Shown in pieces: positions 24,019 to 33,937 of a stretch of 64,000 nucleotides of DNA. The translations under genes and the position numbers were made by a program. Each line of letters opens with the position of its first letter. The stretch's first letter is position 1. The stretch comes from Utricularia gibba (taxonomy: Eukaryota > Plantae > Magnoliophyta). Location of the stretch: contig NEEC01000017.1 of the NCBI GenBank assembly GCA_002189035.1, positions 620,001-684,000 of the forward strand, read 5' to 3'. A model generated the notes under the pieces. That model was not told the origin of the DNA. It searched no databases and was given only the letters and a program-made list of their open reading frames with translations.

Positions 24019-24525
24019 ACTACGACGCCCAGTTTCTTTTAATGCTGGATGGGTTCCAACTGTCGAAGAAATTATCCCTCAGGTGGAAATACGTTGAAGG
24101 GCAGCCGACGGCGATGGCGGTGAATCTGAAATCCCGCGTGATTCTCCAGCTGTATCAAATCAGATATTTCCATTTTTAGCTTTGGAAGACATTACAAAGG
24201 AAACTTTTAAATGGAAATATTCCAGTTAGAAGTTCAGATATGATTTGCTGTAATCTATCCAAAAAATAATATTCTGTTATGGTAATATATCCGAACTAAC
24301 CGTCTCCTTGTATAAAAAAACCCATTGCGCTTCCATTACTCACATGCCACTGCATCATCATCATCAGACGACGAGGGACGATCAAGTGCAGGATCACGAG
24401 AAGAATCCAACTGGTAATCTGGGCGCTGATCGCGAGTAGTTTTTTGAAGTTGGCGTCGTGGGTCGATCACTGACTCCTCCATCTTCCCTGCCATTCAGAA
24501 GTACATTCTTCAGCATCGAGAAGCC

Positions 24526-25631
24526 ATGACTACAATTCAAGAGAATGACAGTTCCATCGTGGGAGGAGTTACAGGTGAGGACTTGGGATGTTTGTTGTGG
24601 CTTTGCGATGCCATTCTTATTGTGGGTTTGTGGTGGGCGATGCTGTTGATGTTTTATGTTTCTTCTTAGTAAACCCGGTTTGGTTCTTGGATTGCTGGTG
24701 CATTACGAAGTGATCTTGTTCTTTGATGTTTGATTTCTCTGTTTCTGGAAACAATCTCTGGTTTCTTCGTTATTTTCGTTATGGGGTTGGTCCCTTTGTT
24801 GACAACGTGATGATTTTGCAGAAATAATGGGAGCATTAAGCCTGAATGACAACGCTGACAATTTTCAACCAGGGGGTTTTTATCTGGAGTGCACCGGGGA
24901 ATCTGATTGCCCCTACTATTTGAGGACAACAACCTGCGCTTATGGAAACACTTGCTATTTCAGTTATCCTCAGTATCCCCCTGGCACATTATATGTAAGT
25001 GGTGATTAGGAATTTCGCTGCAAATTTCAGAACTGACTTCTCACAGACTCTTGTTTTCCTTGATGATGGACAGAATCACCGCATTGTATATGCTCCTTGT
25101 TTCCCAGAAAGAGCAGGAGAACCAGATTGCCCAGTAAGTTCAATGATGGTTGCATTCTCATTATCGCATCTGTAACTTAAAATTCCTCCATTGATTGATT
25201 CTCTTTGTGTTGAAGCATTACATGTCGACTGGTACATGCAAATATGGAGCAGTTTGTAGGTTCAATCACCCAAAGAGTAGGCTGTCTGATTTGCCCCTTA
25301 ATTCTCTAGGCCTACCAATGCGTCAGGTTCTCATCTTAACTTCATCTCTCTTTTGCATTAAGAAGGAGCTCGATGGCTGATTTCTGATTCTTGATTTCTG
25401 GTGTTGCAGGATGCCATCCCGTGTAACTATTACATGCAGAATGGAAAGTGTAAATTTGGGTTTGCCTGCAAGTTCCATCACCCGGAACCTTCCCCACCTT
25501 ATGCTTTCTTCCCAATGCTCTGTGCCCCTGCACCATTCCCAACCACAACTTACTTCGCTGCTTCTCCATATCAACAACCGCAAAGTTACATGCCTGTTTA
25601 CGCAGTACACTCCCAATTGTTTGTAAACTGA
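24526..25631 (+). CDS. Short tandem CCCH zinc-finger gene (ZFN-like), 5 exons, 3 fingers, apparent +1 indel near 25118; may be decaying
   Basis: Exons 24526-24574, 24822-~24994, 25074-25134, ~25217-25326 and ~25411-25631 have GT-AG sites. Fingers: DCPYYLRTTTCAYGNTCYFSY (His lost), PDCP|HYMSTGTCKYGAVCRFNHP, PCNYYMQNGKCKFGFACKFHHP. Confidence 0.65.
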
Positions 25632-25863
25632 ATGCCACTTCTTTGGGATTTTCGTGATATGTTGTTAGTGCATGAAAGATGGAAAACGAATGTACTTTCA
25701 TTTAGTGGATTGTCTATTTAGTGGATCACTTTCTTTGTGTCAACAAGTTCATATTGTGACTCTTCAGAGCTTATGAATGAGACAATCCATAGCATGATTT
25801 CTTTACATGAATGATCACAAAGAAGATCATCGTCTCATTGGAAAACTGCAACACTCTGTAAAA

Positions 25864-27110
25864 TCATAGGAACTTGCTTAAGGTTGTCCCGACAATGGAA
25901 TCCGCGACAACCTTGTAGGTATGTTCTGTAGGATGAAACGCGTCCCAGAACACGAACTGGGTCGCGTTTGGGCACGTCAGAGGACTCTGAGCATTGCAAC
26001 TGTACCCCATCTCGAAAGTACCCGTCGCGCAGCAGGCTCTGTCCGACACCGCGAACCCTGCAAACCAACAGTTTTCAGAGGCACACTCTTCGTTCTATGC
26101 GCCTGAATGTGACAGAGATGCTTACCGTAAGCGGTGGGATTGTGGACCAAGGATAGGAACTTGTTGTATGAATTGGAGAAGACCAATTTGAGCCCTGGTA
26201 TTTGATCGTTAAGCTGAGCCACCAAATCTGAGAGCTTGGAGTTGAAGCTCAGGGCCACCGTGTTGTAGCTCTCAACGCAGTCGCGGGTAGCTATATTCTG
26301 CGCTCGTTCCAAGGGCATACACCCCATGGGAGGGATGCCGCCTAGGGAGATTTTACGGGCGCCGAGAGCGTGGAGATCGACGATGAAATTCCGAGCGATT
26401 CCGATCAGGAAATCCTGATACGCCTCCACTGTGTACTGCAATCGCCTCAACGGAAACGCGTAGTAGTTCTCCAGAAAATCGTTGGTTCCGATACTCACGA
26501 TGTACACAGCTTTGGTTATGGTGAGCATCGTCTTCCAGTCTCCCATGTATGCCCTGAGTCTTCCTATGTACTCTTTGTACATCTCCATCTCCCTCCATAA
26601 AGGAATCACCCCCTGCAAATTTCAAACGGAAAATCTAGGGCTCAACTCGACCAATACCTGGATAGTCTGCAATCCAAATGTGGAAGCATTGAGTTACCAG
26701 AACACTAGAGGTCGCATTGTCATATCCGGTCCCCGCGGAAGCGAAGGTGACGCCGAGCGCAAAATCAGAGATATTAAAGGCGGGATCCAAGTAAGCAGGG
26801 ACGTAGGGCGGCAGTCCGAACGCCTCCGATATGAAATCCGTCGCGATGCGGCCGTTGCAGAATCTCCCTGTCGGCCTACCCCCGCGAAGTCGCGTCCGTA
26901 AGGCAAGAAGTTACTCCTAGCGATGGTCGGAATGAAGTTGTTGTTCCCGGCGTCGACGGAAGAGTCGCCGAAGACAATGATCGCCGGCACTTTGGCGAGG
27001 GCGAGGCGGAGGAACAACAGCGCCGCCGCTGCATGCAACCACCAGCCGAGGATTCGGATGCTCCTCCTCATAGTAGCCGTGTAGTGGGCTCCCGTTTGAA
27101 CGTCCCCCAT
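25864..27110 (-). CDS. GDSL esterase/lipase, 3 exons, -1 frameshift at 26879-26883
   Basis: Signal peptide, [21 protein letters not shown](G)RPTGRFCNG after adding one [34 protein letters not shown]. Start may be 27110 or 27071. Confidence 0.9.
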
Positions 27111-27315
27111 GAGGCATTTATAGCTAAACGGACCCCGTCGCTTTAATTTACAGCATTTAATGTGCGTTTTTTATTTTTATCATTGACTACCATGCGTTTT
27201 AGCCCCTGTAACATTGCCATGACCCATTAATTCGGATGAATTATAAATGTGGCATTTTGTGAGACAAATAACTATTAGTAACGTAATTTTTTAACTTAAT
27301 GTGTTAAATATATAT

Positions 27316-27553
27316 AAACGGTGTTCTGGAAAATTTTTAGAAGATATTTTCATTTTTTAAAAAAATATTTTAAAAAATTAGAAATTAGAATTAAAAACAA
27401 CATATTTATTATTTTTTCAAAATCCATTTTTATTGCATAATTTTAAAAGTATTTTTAATAGAATTATTTTTATAATTAATAACATTTTATAATAAAATTA
27501 TTTTTATTTTTTAAAAATTAGAAATAGTTTTAAAAATTTTTCCAGAACCGTCC
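27316..27553. mobile_element. Candidate MITE (~240 bp, AT-rich interior, imperfect ~25-bp terminal inverted repeats)
   Basis: Left AAACGGTGTTCTGGAAAATTTTTAGAA versus reverse complement of the right end GGACGGTTCTGGAAAAATTTTTAAAA. TAT flanks both sides. Confidence 0.45.
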
Positions 27554-28492
27554 TATAATGTACGGTTACTTTTTTAAATGACTCCCATTAATTCATCTTA
27601 TTCCCATTCCAAATTTGGGGAACAATTTGAGAAAATTTTATTTCCAAGAATTCAAAATTTCTACCAAATTTGAAAATCTAATAATGTTATATATGGAAAA
27701 ATTGATTATATTTAGTAAAGAATTTTTACTGTATTTATAGACAAGCCAACAATCACGGCATTGAATTTCAAAAAATATTATATTAAAACTCATGAATGGT
27801 ATTGAATTAAAAGAGGAAAGCAAATCAAAAGTGTAATTTTGAAGTGCAGAGTGTTAATGTGCCTCCTATTTTGTAATAAAATCTAGAAAGTTGGCATTTA
27901 ATTGGGGGAGGGGGGAGCAGTAACTGTAGTCGTGTTCAAACTTGAATAAAGAGGGGGGAGTGGGGATGGCGTGGTCAAGTGGAGAAAATAATGCTCCCGG
28001 GGAAACCGTCCATCATTGGAGTAGGGCTGTTGAAAACACACACTACACTTCTTAGGCAATGAATCGTTCCCCTCATTGGTCCTGGTACTTGTGCTGGTGC
28101 GGGGTGAGGGAGTGGGATTCTTCTTCATGGACATCGGGTACAAGTTTGAAGGACATGGTAGCTCTGCTGTAGACTCTGTGTCCTGCAACTGTTCCTCGTC
28201 CCCCAATGAGGCTCTCTTCACCCCTGGAACGAGGATAATCATCACTCAATCAAACTAGGATTATGCAGACAAGTTGGTGTGATGTAAGGTTCTGTTTGTA
28301 CCTGAGAAGATGGGGGTGACGAGTGTGCATGTCCAAGAAGAAATCTTTCCATGAATTGAGAGGACCAGCACTTTCTATGGAAATATCACAAATATCGATC
28401 CTCAACTTGCAGCAGTTATTATTATATATAGTCCTAACAAGGAAACCAAAGAGAATTACCTCGGTTTTTATTCTTTGCTGATCAACAACACC

Positions 28493-28690
28493 ATGGAGGC
28501 GAGGATTCTCTTGCTGGCATTTCTGGTCATGTTAAGTGCCTTGCCTGCTCATGGTGTAGAGACGATAAATTTTGAGTTCTTGAAGCCAGCCCCCTCTGCC
28601 TTGAGGCCGTTCATCCCGGCAAACCCATACACGAGAGGGTGCCTTGCCAGCCAGTTGTGCCGGGGCCGGAGGCTGATGATGGTTGCCTAG
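28493..28690 (+). CDS. RALF-like small secreted cysteine-containing peptide (65 aa)
   Basis: Signal peptide MEARILLLAFLVMLSALPAHG and C-terminal PANPYTRGC-x5-CR RALF motif. TATATATA ~65 bp upstream. Confidence 0.75.
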   Translation: MEARILLLAFLVMLSALPAHGVETINFEFLKPAPSALRPFIPANPYTRGCLASQLCRGRRLMMVA

Positions 28691-30152
28691 CACTGGCTTA
28701 AGGTTTCAAGTTGTTGTCCTGCATGATTCTAGACCCAGGGGTCACTGCAAATGTGATATTCATGGAGAATTAACTAACATTTAAACACATTGATGCATCT
28801 CGTCCCACATGAATAATAGTAAAACTTGTTGAACTGCACATACTCGATTCCAGGGATTGGAAATAGGAGGATCAAAATGCCACAGGACTCAAGAACCATC
28901 CATGGCAATATCATTGAGAACCTTTGTGTTCATGGCTGCATCGCCAGAATTCCTCTGAATACGTTGGCCGGCTCCAAAAATAAAACCCTGAGCTGGGGCA
29001 TTGAATGGAACTTGAGAAAATAATGGCGAGGCAGCAGTCACCTTGAAAGCTAGAAGCTGTCATTTGGCCTCGAGAAGCCAAAGCCGATGGGTGACACATA
29101 AGCCACGATGCAGTGATGTAGCTCTCAGTCTCAATAACAGAAACATATTTTGCAGAAGCATCAGTATGTTTATCCCCTTACATTTTCCATAGTATCTGTT
29201 GACAGTCATAGATAGCTGACAAGAGAACGTCAAATACAACAACTTTCTAAGCCTCTACCCAGTAATTTGAGGTAGGTAATCCATATTCATAGAACAGAGT
29301 GATTTCTGTTGATTATTAACCTACGTACCATGATCTTGCTCCTTCATCAGGGTATACAGATACTAACATTAAAGATGAATCACAAGCCAAGAAGCTGAAC
29401 TGCATTATCTAACGGCAATTTTTTATTCCACTGGAGACAGTGCTATGGAATAGAGTTCTTGTACAAATTCTGGCAAGCAGGCACAACCTTCACAAACCGA
29501 AAAAGAAAGGATTAAACTAAGCTAAAGAGTGATACGTAAGGTTACTTAAAGCGCTAGAAAATATGCAAAGAATAAACACATGAACAATTTTCGCGTAGCT
29601 TACTGAAACAGTGGCTAGTTCACATATACGAAATGAATAACAGGGAAACAAGAGAGCTTGACGGAAAGACTAGAGAGCAACAATGCAACTATGTTATTAC
29701 ATTGGTATGCAGGAGATTCCTTGAGTCTTGAGAATGCCAGCCCTTGCGCCCTTATCATAGCTACCCAAGCAGGCAAACTCAGGCAAAATCTCCGACGCGA
29801 AAGCGCCGGCGTGCACCACAAAGTCCGCAGATGAATCGGCGGATTTCAGATCACCGTCCACCTCCCCTTCCTCGTACTCGTGGGTTTTCCTCAATCCCAA
29901 CACAAATTCGTGGAATCTTGTTTGATACTTGGGAACCCGGTTCCGGTATACACCCTTCAGTTTAATGAATTGCATATGCGCCCCCAAAGTTGTGGGTAAT
30001 TGCAATGTGAATCACTGGCATGGCGTATTTTTTAGTATAACATTGCAATTGACATTTTTTTAGGGGGGAGAAAACAAAATTCTACATATTTATAAATCAT
30101 AAACCTTATCTTATAATGTTAATAACTCTATTATATCACATTTTCAATATTA

Positions 30153-32767
30153 GGGGTGTTTTGTATAATTTATAATTAACTTAACCAAATTATAAGTAGT
30201 CAACTTATTAAATGAGTGTTTTTTTAACTTATAAATTATGATTTATAAGTTACTTATAAGTAGTATTTTAAAAGTAGTTGTATAGTTACTTAATTATAAC
30301 TTAAATAAAAAAAATTATGTGAAATTACTTATATACCTTTATATTGAAATATAAAATGAGTTTACTTCATCGTGATATTTCTTTTATGGATCTTTATCTG
30401 AGGTTTTGTGATGAGTTTATAGTTTATATTTTCGTGAGAGATTATGAATGTGATATTTGACTATATGAAATAAGTGTTTATTAATGTGAAACTTGTTTGA
30501 AATATGTGTTTATTTATACATCAAATTTAGTATCATTTTTTATTTGGAGATAATTTTAGCATTTAAGTTTTGTATTAGAACATAATGTCAAATTGATTTA
30601 TTATCATTGGTAAGTGTTATTTATGAAAATTTTGTATTAAAGTATAATATCTAATTACTTTGTTTTTACCTTTGCATCTCAAGATGAATCTTTTTTTTTT
30701 GTTATGGGTCAAAACTTACACTTATGTTTCATCATGTTTTTTTCTTCTAAACACATAATCTTGAGCATGTTATTTTCTATTTCTGATATTTGTTTAATGT
30801 TGGGAGCAAATGATCCAGGGCGTGGCTTTTTTTTTTCACAAATCTGATTTTTCCTTGGTGTTGTGTACATTATCTATGCAAGGAGATGGACTCTTAACTG
30901 ATGTGGGTCAGATTTTTTTTCACAAATCTGATGCATACTTTTCTTCTTTCTTACTTTTGCTGCTGTAATTGAATATTTTGGGTAACTAGTTTTCTAAAAA
31001 GTTGTGATCCTTTATGCTTTCCTAGTATATATGTGATTTAATAATACTATTGACTTGTTTTGTTATATACATTTATCTAAATCTTCTATATTTTTGTGAT
31101 TATTGTGTATGAAATGCAACCATTTGTAGGTTAACGAAGATCTCTCAAATCTTTTTTTGTTTTGATATATACTAAATGCAAAAAAATTAATTTTTATATG
31201 TGTAATTTTGTTATTAAAAATTTATTTGAAATGGTATTAGATGTTTATAATTAAATGATGTATGAACGATTTTTGAAAACGGGAACACATGGATAAACAA
31301 GGACTATCTTCACCTACCTCTAATGATGCTTGGGACGAAAATGCTACTCATATATTTTAGAAGCTTATCCACATCAAGTTTATGCAAACAATATGCTTGT
31401 AACATGTTTCAATTCTCAAGGGTGGCATGGGATTTTGAAAGAGTTCAATGAAAGGACAGGGTGTCGTTATGTGATAAAACAGTTGAAGAATAAATTCAAT
31501 ATAATGAAAAAAGATTGGTCTATATGGATTAGGCTTCAAAAAAACAACTGGAAGTGGTTGGGATGACAACTTGGGAATAATAACTGGAACAGATGAATGG
31601 TGGTCAAGAATGATTAAGGTGATTTTTTGTTATATTTACACTTATATTAAGCTTGTGCAAATATGACTTCTGAATTTATTGTCTCAACGAGTGATATGTT
31701 GACTCTCCCTGCAAAAATAAGAAATAATTTTTGATTTTGGCCTTATTTTCAAAATGCGGTTGGTGCCATTGATAGTGCTCATATTCTTGCAATAATTAGA
31801 AAAGAAAATAGACGTCCGTTTTTTGGTTGATACCATGAAGCCACATAGAATATTTTGACAATATGTGACTTCTATATGTTGTTCATCTTTGTAGCTTCAA
31901 GATATGAAAGACAAATGCATGATAGTTCAATATTATCACGGGTTATGCACTCACTTGAAAATAAGTTTCCATTGCCACCACCGGGTAAGTATTACCTTGC
32001 GGATTTCTGGGTATATGAATATTACATTTTTTTGACACCACATAGAGGTCAAATGTATCATTTGAAAGAGTTTCGTACTAATCCACGGGTTAGAAATTCT
32101 ACAAAGATGTACAATTATCGATACTCTTCACTATGTTCTGTGATTGAGTGGTATTTTGGAGTATGGAAGGCAAAATTTGACATGGTTAACATACTTCCTT
32201 GGGGATTTTCATGGAAAGATCAAGTGCTTATTGTACCAGCAACAATAACAATTTGTAATTTTATCAAGAAAGTTAATGCAAATGTTCCGAATTTATTACG
32301 TTTTGAAGCTGATAATTGGACTCTACCATATAATCCTCAAACAGCTCTACCAGCAGCAAAAGCTTTTGCATCTTCAACTCAATATGTGCATCAATTAGTA
32401 GAATGAATTAAAAATGTCTCCTAATATCAACTTTAGTTTATCTTTTATTATTTTCAGAGTTTATGTAATTCAATCTATCGTTTATTATGCATGTTATTAG
32501 GATTGAATAAGATTTGTATTGATATTTTTATAATTATATAGAAATAATAAATATAAGTTATATTATTAAAAACATTTAAATGAACATAAGGGTATTTTAG
32601 ATTTTGATTTACAAATTTTGAAAGTTATGTCAAACAATTTTAACTTTTACTTATAACTTTTATAAATAAGTTAAAACAAATATCTCCTACTTATTTTTTA
32701 ATTTAAGTTTAACTTATAGTTATTACTACTTATAAGTTAATTTATTACAAATAATGTAAAATACTCT
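30153..32767 (+). mobile_element. Degenerate PIF/Harbinger DNA transposon (Myb/SANT ORF plus truncated DDE_Tnp_4 transposase)
   Basis: 31330-31566: GWHGILKEFNERTG..Y..KQLKNKFNIMKKDWSIW (Myb/SANT-like). 31741-32406: PYFQNAVGAIDSAH..G*..T*NIL.ICDF.M.F.FV..HDS..PPPGKYYLAD..FLTPHRG..YHL..YNYRYSSL.SVIE..FGVWKAKF. Decayed inverted termini GGGGTGTTTTGTATAATTTATAAT / AGAGTATTTTACATTATTTGTAAT (17/24 identical). Ends are approximate. Confidence 0.8.
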
Positions 32768-33937
32768 CATTATTTTATGATGATAATAGGGTTTTAATCA
32801 ATTATCCGGTTTTTAAGTTTTAATTTGTGATATATTTATTAATATAAAATAATTTTAAAAAATTAGCTGACATAATTTTCAAACGAATTATTTTTAAATT
32901 TGAAAAGTACATATAGCTTATTGATTTAATAATAAAATAATATTACTCAAAATTATACTTGATTGGAAAATTTTTGACAACATACCAGTAGATAGGAGAT
33001 GCAGCCTGTCATATTTCTACTACAAGTGCAACATTCGTGTCCTGCTGCCTTTTGTCATCAAGCTTGAAGAAGCTTCGCCGGCGCCCATTAGCGCCACCTC
33101 TTACTATTTGTGGATATCGCACTGTTTGCCGGACTTTCATTCCACGTTGCTGATTTCGCGCGGTATTTCGTGTTTTGTCTTATCTAAGGGTTAGTGATTG
33201 CTGTCGCTTGATTATGGATTGTTTCTTGCAATGTTAGTCCGTGTGAAGGTTCAATTTTGCTTTTCGGGTCGTAATTTGTTGCAGAATGAAAGTTCGCCCA
33301 ATTTGATTGAAGCCCTAGAACGTTCAGGGTTATCTTGTCTTGGGCCTACACAATTTTGTATGTTCGATTTGGATCATGTGTTTCTGGACATTCTATCATC
33401 TGTGTAGTTCATTACTGTCTTGTACTCAAAGTGAGTTTCTATCAAGGCTGTAAGCTTGTTGTGCTGATCCTCTTGTAGTACATTAAGTGTGGTGGGTGGG
33501 GTATTAGGATTCCTTGCGCACTTGGAAAGTACATTCCAGGAATCAGTGCAGTGGAATGTAGTTTTTTTGGGTTTTCTGGTTGAGCTTTTATTTTTTCAAT
33601 GCTTTGATTCCTTGGATATGAGATTCGATTCTTGGATTATTGAATTTCATCTTCGATTTGGATAAGCTAAGCTTTGACGAATCAATAGTCCTTTGTATGT
33701 ATGGGATATGCACTTGTTTTCGTTTAGTTGTATGCGGCCTTCTCACTTATTTTCTTTCGGTTCAAGTTTTTATCGGCCATGCTTTACAGGTACCCTGACC
33801 ATGTTTGCATGATGATTGTATTTATGGATGCTGGCAACTTAAGGCAACATTAGGTCGATTCCTGATGGGTTTTTCATCTACGTGGTGTAGTTCGGCTTTT
33901 AGTTTATCATCTGCATGCCTTTGCCACTAAAGTCAGA

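Noticed and set aside
29380-29480. MIR169 precursor on the plus strand (AGCCAAGAAGCTGAACTGC)
   Set aside because: Too divergent from mature miR169, and no complementary star arm nearby.
28900-29490. NF-YA pseudogene interpretation of the 28.8-30 kb unit
   Set aside because: Only a vague resemblance; the conserved YVNAKQY/YLHESRH core could not be convincingly found.
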